Source: Octopus vulgaris
Taxonomy: Eukaryota
NCBI GenBank assembly: GCA_951406725.2
Contig: OX597835.1
Location: 10,726,001 to 10,790,000, forward strand
Length of the DNA: 64,000 nucleotides
Reading direction: 5' to 3'
The notes below the pieces were generated by a model. It ran no database searches. It was not told where the DNA came from and worked only from the letters and a program-made list of their open reading frames with translations. Each line of letters starts with the position of its first letter. The stretch's first letter is position 1. Made by a program: the position numbers and the translations under genes. Of this stretch, positions 1 through 12,331 are shown one piece after another.

Positions 1-430
1 GACTATAAGTGTACTCGTGACTTGTAAGTGTACTTACGGCTTATAAGTGTAGTTATAAATGTATTTGTGGGTTGTAAGTGTGGCTGTAAGTGTACTTGTA
101 AATTGTGTGACTATAAGTGTACTCGTGACTTGTAAGTGTACTTATGGCTTATAAGTGTAGTTATAAATGTATTTGTGGCTTGTAAGTGTGGCTGTAAGTG
201 TACTTGTAGATTGACTATAAGTGTACTTGTGGCTGTAAGTGTACTTGTAGATTGTTTGACTATAAGTGTACTTGTGACTTGTAAATGTGGCTGTAAGTGT
301 ACTTGTAGATTGTTTGACTATAAGTGTTCCTGTGACTTGTAAGTGTGGCTGTAAGTGTACTTGTAGATTGTTTGATTATAGGTGTACTTGTGACTTGTAA
401 GTGTGGCTGTAAGTGTATTTGTGAAGTGTC
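1..430. repeat. Degenerate minisatellite (~20-bp TAAGTGTACTTGT-core subunits; 108-bp higher-order duplication)
   Basis: 1-108 is nearly repeated from 109; recurring gactataagtgtact / ggctgtaagtgtacttgtaga. Confidence 0.85.
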
Positions 431-945
431 AGTGTATACTCCCATATATCTGATCAGTGCTTCCTTACTCTCAACATTTTTGCTGGTGTTTAAGTCTATG
501 TTTTACTCCTTAAACCTTCTGGGACATTCTCTGACTTCATGTTTCAACCATTTACCCTCATTTTTTATTTTCAGGTTTCGATTGTACTTTATCCTTTCAG
601 ATTTAATTCCCCCCAAACGCCCCCACCAAATCCTAGCAGAACTTCTAATTCCCTGATGACTTCACATTTACCTGTTTCCCTATTTCACTTTCATCCTTAG
701 AGCCATTAATCCTAATTCATGGTTCCAAACATCCAATCACAGGCGTCTTTCTACGAAATTAGAATCCATTAAGTTGCTCTATAAAACCCTCTTCAGATAA
801 TTTTGTATCAAAGTTTCACATCACAACAAACAGAATTGCAACACCGAAATCACTTTCGACATTAGAAGCAAATAAAGCAAAACTTGATATGCCATGTACG
901 TGTGTATACACTATTATATATAGATGATCTTTAAACACACACACA

Positions 946-994
<49 letters not shown>

Positions 995-1249
995 GTATGT
1001 ATGTATATATGTGTATGTATGTGTGTTTATATATATATATATATATATACATGTGTGTGTATATGTATCATATAATTTATATTATATATATATATATTAT
1101 AATATATATTATATATATATATTATAATATTTATAATATATATATTATATAATTTATAATATATAATATATATATTATAATATACATAGTATATTATATA
1201 ATATATATTATATATATATATAATAATTATATATGCTTGTTACCAACAT

Positions 1250-1515
1250 CGCTTCACTGGCACCTGTGCCGGTAGCACATGTAAAAAGATTCAAGCGAGG
1301 TCATTGCCAGTACCGCCTGACTGGCCCCCATGCCAGCGGCACATAAAAGCACCCACTACACTCTCAGAGTGGTTGACATTAGGAAGGGCATCAAGCTGTA
1401 GAAACTTTACCAGATCAAGATTGGAGCCTGGTGCAGCCATCTGGTTCACCAGTCCTCAGTCAAATCGTCCAACCCATGCTAGCATGGAAAGCGGACATTA
1501 AACGATGATGATGAT
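1250..1515 (+). mobile_element. 5'-truncated RTE-type LINE 3' end, (GAT)n tail
   Basis: Matches the 3'UTR that follows RTE ORF2 at 12332-13147 (cacctgtgccggt...cccactacactctc...catgctagcatggaaagcggac..aaacgatgatgat). Confidence 0.8.
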
Positions 1516-1702
1516 ATATAAAAGAATATAAACAATGGGACAAGAATGCAAAACATCCAGACAGATGATGCAACAAAGGGGAAAGGAAAAACAAGGACAG
1601 GTTAACCAGTAAGAAGTTAACCAAGGTGTCACACAGTGGGACTGAACCTGGAACCATGAGGTTGGGAAGCAAGCTTCTTACCTCACAGCCACACCTGCAC
1701 CT

Positions 1703-1736
<34 letters not shown>

Positions 1737-1738
<2 letters not shown>

Positions 1739-2146
1739 CTTTACTCTTTTACTCTTTTACTTGTTTCAGTCATTTGACTGTGGCCATGCTGGAGCACCGC
1801 CTTTAGTCGAACAAATCGACCCCGGGACTTATTCTTTGTAAGCCAAGTACTCATTCTATCGGTCTCTTTTGCCGAACCGCTAAGTGACGGGGACGTAAAC
1901 ACACCAGCATCGGTTGTCAAGCAATGCTAGGGGGACAAACACAGACACACAAACACACACACATACACATACATATATATATACATATATACGACAGGCT
2001 TCTTTCAGTTTCCGTCTACCAAATCCACTCACAAGGCATTGGTCGGCCCAGGGCTATAGCAGAAGACACTTGCCCAAGGTGCCACGCAATGGGACTGAAC
2101 CTGGAACCATGTGGTTGGTTAGCAAGCTACTTACCACACAGCCACT
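1737..2146 (-). mobile_element. tRNA-derived SINE family A, near full length
   Basis: Reverse complement has A-box-like TGGCTGTGTGG, B-box-like GGTTCAGTCC, ccttgggcaagtgtc core, internal microsatellite, (GTAAAAGA)n tail; more than 15 copies in window; extra head fragment at 1621-1702. Confidence 0.9.
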
Positions 2147-2515
2147 CTTGTATATATATATATGCCTGTCTCTTTGTGTGTATCACTTCTGTGGTTATTT
2201 GTTTCTTCCCCCCACCACCGTACCCCATTAATACCTGTTTGTCTGTATGTTTGTTTGTCTGTCTGTCTCTGCTTCTTTCTCTTTGTCATTTGCCATAACA
2301 CCACCACTTCCATACCTCCACACCTAGCTGTCAATACATATACACCCATTGCCTCTCTCTTACACACACACACATGCAAATCCTCCTATACTCATTCTAC
2401 ATCACATGATCACATCCTGCATACCTGTACATAAACTCTCTCAAACACATCCACGTGTACACACCTGAGCATTCACGCACACACACACAAACACACTGAC
2501 ATATGTAGTATCATG

Positions 2516-2641
2516 TGCGTGTACGTATGAGCTGAAGCAGTGTTTGTCATTGTGGGGTGGATCATGGTTTTAATATGAACATATGTGTGTATGGGAATGT
2601 GTTAAGATGTGTGGGTATAAGCATATGTAAGGGTATATATA

Positions 2642-2684
<43 letters not shown>

Positions 2685-2845
2685 GTGAGTGTATGTGTGG
2701 ATATGTGAATGTGTGTATATGTGCATATGTGTGTGTATATGTATGTGTCTGAATCAGTAAATCTATGTTCATTTAGAAATATGTACATGTGTGTGTCTGC
2801 ATGCGTGGGAGTGTGTGTCTATGCGTGTTGGAGTGCATCTATGTG
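2516..2845. repeat. Left arm of long inverted duplication (partner 5662-6136)
   Basis: Unique blocks such as tgtttgtcattgtggggtggatcatggttttaatatgaacatatg and tatgttcatttagaaatatgtacatg recur as reverse complements. Confidence 0.9.
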
Positions 2846-3233
2846 CATGCACGCAAACACACTGACATATGTATGTGCATGCACACAAACACACCACTGA
2901 CACATGTATGCGTGTGGACACACATGCACACAAACACACTGACACACACTCACACACGAATGTGCTTCCAGGCAAACAAATGCTACATATATACATACCT
3001 AAGCAGGTGTACACACACAGCCACATGCATACAATAGAAAAATTATACACACACACAGACACACACACATTTATCTATACATTGACATACACGTGTATGT
3101 GCGCACACACTAACACACACACACATGCACTCACGCGCACTCTTTCAGTACGTGTCTCGTGCTAGCAAGTAGTCCAAAAGTACCCACAACCTCACATCTT
3201 GTGTATATCTGTTTGTCTATTTGTGTTTGGACA

Positions 3234-3284
<51 letters not shown>

Positions 3285-3331
3285 ATTGAAAAGCCCCGAG
3301 TGTCCTATCCTGTCTTTTTTTGTATCACCTA

Positions 3332-3377
<46 letters not shown>

Positions 3378-3544
3378 AAAGGGCTTAGTAAAATAAATTA
3401 CTTTGCGATACTGAACTCATTAGAAATAGCAGCTAAAAACTTTTTTAAAAACCATTTCTAATACTTAAAGAAAATCTCTCTCGTATAGTGTTTGGTCAAC
3501 TCAACTCACGAAAGTTTGGGGGTAAAGACATAAAAAATCAAATG

Positions 3545-3585
<41 letters not shown>

Positions 3586-3757
3586 CGGTCCCACATGCCA
3601 CAGCTCACAGGCTGGAACTGGAATCAATCAATCATATATATATATATATATATATACATACATACACATATGTTTGCATGTGTGTGTATATATATATATA
3701 TATGTATGCATATGTGTGTATATGTATATATACATATATACACACATATATGTATGC

Positions 3758-3792
<35 letters not shown>

Positions 3793-3885
3793 CATACATA
3801 CACATATGTTTGTATGTATGTATATATATATGTATGCATATGTGTGTATATGTATATATACATATATACACACATATATGTATGC

Positions 3886-3930
<45 letters not shown>

Positions 3931-4306
3931 TATATGTTTGCATATGTGTGTGTATATATGTATGTATCTATCTATATATATATATGTATGCATACATCTT
4001 TCTCTCTCTCTTTATATATATATGTATGTGTGTGCATGTATTTATGTGTCTGTATGTATGTGTATATATATATACACACACACACACACATAAACATGTA
4101 TATATGTATTCATAAATATGCACCCAGAGGCATATAAGTGTATACCTGTCTGTATACATTTATACACACACACACATCACACCCATAGATGCATACACTA
4201 GCACAAACATAAACATGTGACACAAGAAAAGTTTATATATATGTATATATATATATAGTCAACACAATTTTCTACATACATTCATCACATATAAACATAT
4301 ATATAT

Positions 4307-4718
4307 ACTCTTTTACTCTTACTCTTTTTACTTGTTTCAGTCATTTGACTGCGGCCATGCTGGAGCACCGCCTTTAGTCGAGCAAATCGACCCCGGGACT
4401 TATTCTTTGTAAGCCCAGTACTTATTCTATCGGTCTCTTTTGCCGAACCGCTAAGTGACGGGGACGTAAACACACCAGCATCGGTTGTCAAGCAATGCTA
4501 GGGGGACAAACACAGACACACAAACATATTCAACACACACACATATATATATATACGACAGGCTTCTTTCAGTTTCCGTCTACCAAATCCACTCACAAGG
4601 CATTGGTCGGCCCGGGGCTATAGCAGAAGACACTTGCCCAAGATGCCACGCAGTGGGACTGAACCCGGAACCATGTGGTTGGTTAGCAAGCTACTTACCA
4701 AACAGCCACTCCTGCGCC
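4307..4718 (-). mobile_element. SINE family A, full length
   Basis: Near-identical to 1737-2146. Confidence 0.9.
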
Positions 4719-5376
4719 TATATATATATAAACTATAACAGATAAACACCCACAAGTCTACACACGCATACACTTATCCATGTACAATCACACACATCAA
4801 TATGTGCACCTACATATAAGTATGTACTCATACTTACAACCACCCGATGTATATGTGTGCAGTATGTTTATATCAGTGTATATACAACTTTATTACTGCT
4901 GTGTGCGCACTCATTATTGCGCAGGTGATGATGCATAAAAGTGCATTTAAATGTGTGTGAGTATATGTGTGTATATGTATGTGAATATATAGGTGTAAAA
5001 ATGAATGCATGCATGTGTATATATATATATGCATAGAATTATAGATTGTATGTGTGGGTATATATATATATATATATATATGCATGTAACATATGTATGA
5101 GTATGTATATTTGTGTGTGTGTGTATGGGCATGTGTATATGTGTGTATGCATGTGTGTGTCAGTTTGTGTCTAAATGTGGATGTGTGTATATATGAGGGT
5201 ATGTATGTGTGTAGGCATATGTATGCGTATGTGCGTGAGTGCATGTATGTGTATGTCTGTGTGGGTGGGTGTATGTACGTATATATGTAGTTCTGTGTGT
5301 ATGAGTAGGGATATATATATATATATATATATGTATGGCTCTATGTGTGTGTGATTGTGTGTATGTGTATGCTTGG

Positions 5377-5407
<31 letters not shown>

Positions 5408-5661
5408 CATACACACACACACACACACTCTCATACACACACACACACACTCTCATACACAAACACACACACACACTCTCATACACACACACACACACAA
5501 TACACATATGTATGTATGCATTCATAAACACTTACTTATACATTCAAATAAGGGTGGTGCTCCAGCAGGGTCGTCAAGATTTTAATGTCAAAACCATTTG
5601 AGAACAGAAAATGCACCTACAACAATATGCATCAATTCTCATGCATTCACACACTCCCACA

Positions 5662-5825
5662 CACATAGATGCACTCCAACACGCATAGACACACACTCCC
5701 ACGCATGCAGACACACACATGTACATATTTCTAAATGAACATAGAATTACTGATACAGACACATGCATATACACACACATATGCACATATACACACATTC
5801 ACATATCCACACATACACTCACCAG

Positions 5826-5881
<56 letters not shown>

Positions 5882-6136
5882 CTTACATATGCTTATACCC
5901 ACACATTTTAATACATTCCCATCGGCAACAGAGACCGATAGAATAAGTACTGGGCTTATAAAAAAAGAATAAGTCCCGGGGTCGAGTTGCTCGATTAAAG
6001 GCGGTGCTCCAGCATGGCCACAGTCAAATGACTGAAACAAGTAAAAGAGAGAGAAAAAGGGAGTATACATATGTTCATATTAAAACCATGATCCACCCTA
6101 CAATGACAAACACTGTTTCATCTCATACGTATGCAC
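5662..6136. repeat. Right arm of inverted duplication, interrupted by SINE A 3' fragment (~5923-6064, +)
   Basis: Reverse complement of 2516-2845; homology resumes on both sides of the SINE piece. Confidence 0.85.
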
Positions 6137-6289
6137 ACACACACACACACACATATATATAATGAATACACTCATACGCACATGTATATTTGTATTCATA
6201 TATATTGTAACTTATGCATTCACATATCTAAATGAATACATACACACACACACAGAAATGATGTGTGTATATATATATATGTTGGATCA

Positions 6290-6482
6290 TTAGCCCCTAC
6301 ATGCAATTTTTTTCTCTCCTTGTTTCTCTCCTTGTTTCTTTTCTGTGTATCTTTCTGTCGAAGAGCGTAGGCTCGAAACGTAAAAGACTTGTTTTATTTC
6401 TATTCCTGAGTGCCATACTAATACATTGTTTGTTCGTACTCCACCTGCCTTCGTCTTTTGTTTATTTTCGTAAACCTTCCCG

Positions 6483-6485
<3 letters not shown>
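6290..6485 (+). mobile_element. Penelope-like element terminal (pLTR-like) fragment with hammerhead-like fold
   Basis: tctttCTGTCGAAgagcgtaggctcGAAACGTaaaaga motif; embedded in (TA)n; diverged second copy at ~18680-18846. Confidence 0.6.
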
Positions 6486-6533
<48 letters not shown>

Positions 6534-6536
6534 GGT

Positions 6537-6730
6537 CCCGGGTTGATTCGGGGTTAACCACAGTAAATAAGGTACTCAATACATAGCAGAGTAAAATTAA
6601 TTTATTATATAGAAGGAGCTTCTACAGGACTAGAACTGTTTCATTCAAGAGAAATCTTCAGGAAGCTCCTGAAGATTTCTCTTGAATAAAACAGTTCTAG
6701 TCCTGTAGAAGCTCCTTCTATATAATAAAT
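6537..6730. mobile_element. Probable Penelope-like fragment with ~130-bp near-perfect palindrome (6600-6730)
   Basis: ~62-bp arms, one mismatch, 5-nt centre aagct; arms carry CTGAAGA...GAAAC; flanked by (TA)n. Palindrome is certain, family is inferred. Confidence 0.55.
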
Positions 6731-6861
6731 ATATATATATATATATATATATGTAAAAAAATGCATTTTGGTATGTAATCACCCACAAATGATTACACAT
6801 ATACAGACATACATATACTCATCTAGCTACTTGTCTGTCTCTGTCTGTCTGTCTGTCTGTT

Positions 6862-6903
<42 letters not shown>

Positions 6904-7008
6904 AGTCTATATATATGCCTGTCTCTTTCACTTCCCCTTCTCTCTCTGTCTGTCTCTCTCTCTATCTTATTTATAACTGAGCACATACATACATCCATAG
7001 AAATGTAC

Positions 7009-7045
<37 letters not shown>

Positions 7046-7369
7046 AAGAAGTACTTTTACATATAATCATGCCGCACAAATGAGTACACACATGCACTCT
7101 CCTCCTTATATTTATGTATGTGTGTGTGTGTGTGCGTGTGCATATATATATATATCTATATATATATCTATATATATATCTATATATATATATATAGCCA
7201 GTCCATGTAAAAAGCACCCATGCCCTCTCAGTAAGGTGGTTGGCTTTGGCTTTAGGAAGGGCATGCAGCCATAGAAACAAAGCTAAATCAGACTGGAACC
7301 TGTCTGGGTAGCTCTAGTCAAACCTTCCCACCCATACCAGCATGGAAAACAGATGTTGATGATGATGAT

Positions 7370-7524
7370 ACTCACACACACACACGTACACACACACACA
7401 TATTTTCACTATTGAACATATAAGTACACAGTACACATTACTGCTCACACACACACACACACACACATATTTTCACTACTGAACATATAAGTACACAGTA
7501 CACATTACTGCTCACACACACACT

Positions 7525-7555
<31 letters not shown>

Positions 7556-7658
7556 TTTAACTACTGAACAGATAAGTACACTGTACACATTACTGCTCAC
7601 ACACACACACACACATATTTTCACTACTGAACATATAAGTACACAGTACACATTACTG

Positions 7659-7699
<41 letters not shown>

Positions 7700-7739
7700 T
7701 TTCACTACTGAACATATAAGTACACAGTACACATTACTG

Positions 7740-7778
<39 letters not shown>

Positions 7779-7954
7779 TTTCACTACTGAACATATAAGT
7801 ACACAGTACACATTACTGCTCACACACACACACACATATTTTCACTACTGAACATACAAGTACACAGTACACATTACTGGTCACACACACACACACACAC
7901 GCACACACACACATTTTCACTACTGAACATATAAGTACACAGTACACATTACTG

Positions 7955-7991
<37 letters not shown>

Positions 7992-8031
7992 TTTCACTAC
8001 TGAACATATAAGTACACAGTACACATTACTG

Positions 8032-8076
<45 letters not shown>

Positions 8077-8117
8077 CTTCACTACTGAACATAATAAGTA
8101 CACAGTACACATTACTG

Positions 8118-8194
<77 letters not shown>

Positions 8195-8195
8195 A
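7370..8195. repeat. Composite minisatellite: ~45-bp constant unit plus variable (CA)n, 10 copies
   Basis: tattttcactactgaacatataagtacacagtacacattactgct at ~7401, 7468, 7553, 7616, 7697, 7775, 7837, 7913, 7989, 8074. Confidence 0.95.
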
Positions 8196-8944
8196 TCCGT
8201 ATGCAGCTGGTTATTCAAAGCTTGACTCTATAAATCCTACATAATATCAGACGTTTAACACGAAATATTATAAATCATTATGTCGTACAATTACATTCTT
8301 CAATATCGTCTCTTTGTTTCGTAACCGTATTGGTTGTTGTTGTTGCTGTTCTTGTTCTCGTTGCATCATACTCCCCCCTTCACCGTTATATAATGTTATC
8401 ACATGATACTACATTGCATTGCAACATTATCAAACCATACGTCACTAGACGACAACATTATCACACCTACCACACTATTTCTGCAGCATTATCTTCACAA
8501 CAACCACCGCCACCACCACCACCACCCCCGCCGCCTTCGCCGACACCACTGCCACAACCACCACCACCACCACCACCCCCGCCGCCTTCGCCGCCACCAC
8601 TGCCACAACCACCACCATCATCACTTGTGCTTTATTATCACATCAACAGTGAAATCTCCCCTCAAGCTTAACACTCCATCATCTTAGATAAATACAAATT
8701 AGATAATCTTGTTTAGAATAAATTAATCCAGACAACCAGATGGTCTGATCTTTGATCAGAAGTTAGTCTGCATCTGGTCTCACCTGGGGCTAAACAACAA
8801 CAACAACAACAACAACAGTATCAATGACAACAATAGCAAGAACTTATACACTATACATTCACAATAGCATCACTTATACACTATACATTCACATGCTACA
8901 CATGTCTATAGTTTGAATCCATTGTTTAAGCCTTTTGAGTGGAT

Positions 8945-9165
8945 GATGCTTGACTTGACCAAAATAACAGCTAAATATTCTTCGTATTACACCCTACCTT
9001 TTAAAAAAAGCCATTTTGGCTAATATGATCTGAGGTACTAGAAGACAAAAAAAAAAAAGAAAAAAAAGGATCAATCAAAAAGGAAAAGGATTGGATGGTC
9101 ACAGCTGGAATTCCTTCTGATCATAACTGCTTCATCAGAGTTGCTCTGTGGCTAAACAACATCAA
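8945..9165 (+). mobile_element. Old dispersed repeat family E, (CAA)n-tailed, probably SINE-like
   Basis: Shared aaatagcagccaaat...ggatggtcacagctggaat...ggctaaacaac. Also ~8700-8815 (+) and reverse copies ~23655-23850, 27790-27940, 31045-31240, 31440-31665, 39565-39760. Confidence 0.6.
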
Positions 9166-9334
9166 CTTTAGTACAATAACCAACTCCACTACAACCCTAG
9201 CTGCCTCTACACAGCACTATTGCACCTCACTATACTACACTACCCTATACATATATAGACTATAGCTGCCCTGTACTATTACCATACTATACATCATACG
9301 TATATACCTCTATTGTGACCCGGTACTATTAATA

Positions 9335-9639
9335 TCCTGGCACATAAAAAGCACCATCCGAATGTGGTCGATGCCAGCATCGTCTTGGCTGGCTTCTGTG
9401 CCGGTGGCACGTTAAAAGCACCAACCGATCGTGGCTGATGCCAGACTCCCCTGGCACCTGTGCCGGTGGCACGTAAAAAGCACCCACTACACTCGCGGAG
9501 TGGTTGGCGTTAGGAAGGGCATCCAGCTGTAGAAACACTGCCAGATCAGACTGGAGCCTGGTGCAGCCCCTGGCTTCCCAGACCCCGGTCGAACCGTCCC
9601 ACCCATGCTAGCGCGGAAAACGGACGTTAAACAACGACG

Positions 9640-9640
<1 letters not shown>
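9335..9640 (+). mobile_element. RTE-type LINE 3' end with ~3 internal tandem units
   Basis: Same 3'UTR as 12332-13147. Confidence 0.85.
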
Positions 9641-9673
<33 letters not shown>

Positions 9674-9680
9674 CCACCAC

Positions 9681-9718
<38 letters not shown>

Positions 9719-9759
9719 CCACCATCATCACCATCACCATCACCATCATCATCATCATC

Positions 9760-9805
<46 letters not shown>

Positions 9806-9818
9806 CCACCACCATCAC

Positions 9819-9853
<35 letters not shown>

Positions 9854-9983
9854 CCACCATCATCACCATCACCATCACCATCATCATCATCATCACCATC
9901 ACCATCACCATCATCATCATCATCACCATCACCATCATCATCATCATCATCATCATCACCACCATCATCACCATCATCATCAC

Positions 9984-10015
<32 letters not shown>

Positions 10016-10040
10016 CCACCATCATCACCATCATCATCAC

Positions 10041-10120
<80 letters not shown>

Positions 10121-10202
10121 CCATCATCATCACCATCATCACCATCATCATCACCATCATCATCATCATCATCATCATCACCATCATCACCATCATCATC
10201 AC

Positions 10203-10243
<41 letters not shown>

Positions 10244-10278
10244 CCACCAACATCACCATCATCATCATCATCATCATC
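9640..10278. repeat. (CAT/CAC)n trinucleotide expansion, ~640 bp
   Basis: Direct reading. Confidence 0.98.
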
Positions 10279-10603
10279 GTAGTTTTCTTAGTATACATCA
10301 CTACCACATTCTCTCCTCCATTGTCCCACAACAACATTAACACACCATACTACATTATGCGCTTACCCTATGGTAATTTTTGCTACATGTTGGTCCAATG
10401 CATGCATATGCAGGCACATGTTGCACTATTTTGTACGTTTGTCGTTTGTACTAATTCACACCAATTTTTAATTACTCTGCGATATTTCCACTGAGCAGCC
10501 AACCATACGAGTTTCTACAATTACTCGACTACATACAACAACATAATATTGATTTTTCTGTGACACCATTACCATTTAGCTTATAGAATCTAAAAAAAAA
10601 AAA

Positions 10604-10641
<38 letters not shown>

Positions 10642-10977
10642 TAATATTAATAATAATAATGATGGTGATGATAAAAATAAAAATTAAATAAAGACAATAT
10701 TAGATATTATTGAACTAATGACGGCTCACTTAATGTTCCAGACCATTTTCGTTATAGAATTGGTTTTTATGGTTATTTCCAGTGACTTCAGTCAAAATGG
10801 TTGTTGCTTTGGAGCAATGATTCTCACCCCCCTTTTGTTTTTGTTTTTTTTTTACACCTGTGGAACCTTTAGGTTCCTATTTAACTCTACTGGACCCTCA
10901 TAAACGTTTGGTCTTTAAAAAAAATCCTATCGTGTTTTTTAGACTTAAATATTATTAGGAATTGTATTAAAGAAATA

Positions 10978-11160
10978 CTCTTTTAGTCTTTTAGTTGTTT
11001 CAGTCATTTAACTGTGGCCATGCTGGAGCACTGCCTTTGAGCTTTTAGAATAAGTACTAGGCTTACAAAGAATAAGTCCTGGAGTTGATTTGTTCGAATA
11101 AAGGCAGTGCTCCAGCATGGCCACAGTCAAATGACTGAAACAAGTAAAAGAGTAAAAGAG
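10978..11160. mobile_element. Two SINE A 3' ends in inverted orientation
   Basis: ttgtttcagtcatttaactgtggccatgctggagcactgccttt versus aaaggcagtgctccagcatggccacagtcaaatgactgaaacaa. Confidence 0.85.
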
Positions 11161-11841
11161 TTAAGATACTTCAAGAAATATCTTTTAACTCAGCTTTGTT
11201 GCAAATAGATTGTGGATCACACGCATGCATGCACGCACACATGCACGCACGGATGATGCACGCAATAGTGTTTTGCAATAAACCTAATTCACTGTATTTT
11301 TTTAAATTTTAAAGCTATTTACAAAATTTTTTTTAGCTTTCTATATTTCAAATATCAGAGATTACAATTCTGGGTAAAAATTATTCACAAATTCAAATTT
11401 TTTTCAAATATGTAAATTCTCTGTGCCACTTTAAACCTTGTGCCCTAATCTTAAACCTTTAGCACCAACCTTAAACCCCAATCCTAAACTCTGTCCCCAC
11501 TAAACACAGCCGTAGTTCAAGTATTTTTCAGAGTTGAAATCACTTCTGTTTCATACATCAAATGCTGAAAAATATTTTAGCAAAATATATCAAAAACTGA
11601 AAAAATTCCTGCTGGTTATGTTTTTTGAAAAGGAGTGTGTCGGCTGGTAACAGAAAAAAAAATAATAAATTAGAAAATGAAATTTTAAAACTTATTTTCA
11701 GAATCTTTGAGAAAATTTCCCCAAAGATTAGAAAAAAAAAAGGAAATTAACCAGATTGGTAGGGTAAGGAAACCATATTTGAGAACTCTGCCAATATATA
11801 TATTCTTTAATGTATGTATACATTTTATGAAATATATATCA

Positions 11842-12320
11842 TTAGGAGCAGGCTTGGCTGTGTGGTAAGAAGCTTGCTTCCCAACCACATGGTTCCAGGT
11901 TCAGTCCCACTGTGTGGCACCTTGGGTAAATGTCTTTTACTATAACTTCGGGTCGACCAAAGCCTTGTGAGTGGATTTGGATGAAGGAAACTGAAAGAAG
12001 CCCATCGTATATATATATATATATATATATATCATCATTTAATGTCCGTTGTCCCTACTAGCATGCACTGGAGAGTTTGCCCATTTGACCAGGGCTGGCA
12101 AGCTGGAAGGCTGCACCAGACTCCAGTGCGATATATATATATATATATATATATCTGTGTGTTTGTCCCTCACCACTGTGTGACAACCAGTGATGGGGTG
12201 TTTATGTCCCCATTACTTTAATGGTTTGGCAAAACCATTAAAAATTCATGTGAGTTAAAGTTCCTTGAGGTGATGCCCCAGCATGGCCACAGTCTAATGA
12301 CTGAAACGAGTAAAAGACAA
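11842..12320 (+). mobile_element. SINE family A (diverged) with nested minus-strand RTE tail at ~12031-12130
   Basis: Head and tail match family A; the insert lies inside the internal (TA)n. Confidence 0.8.
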
Positions 12321-12331
12321 AACGTAAATAT

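Noticed and set aside
7370-8195. CRISPR array (also 28610-29535)
   Set aside because: Spacers are pure microsatellite, there are no cas genes, and the context is eukaryotic
10815-11790. Possible ~1-kb non-autonomous hAT (caatgattctca...tgagaactctg)
   Set aside because: TIRs degenerate and no 8-bp TSD
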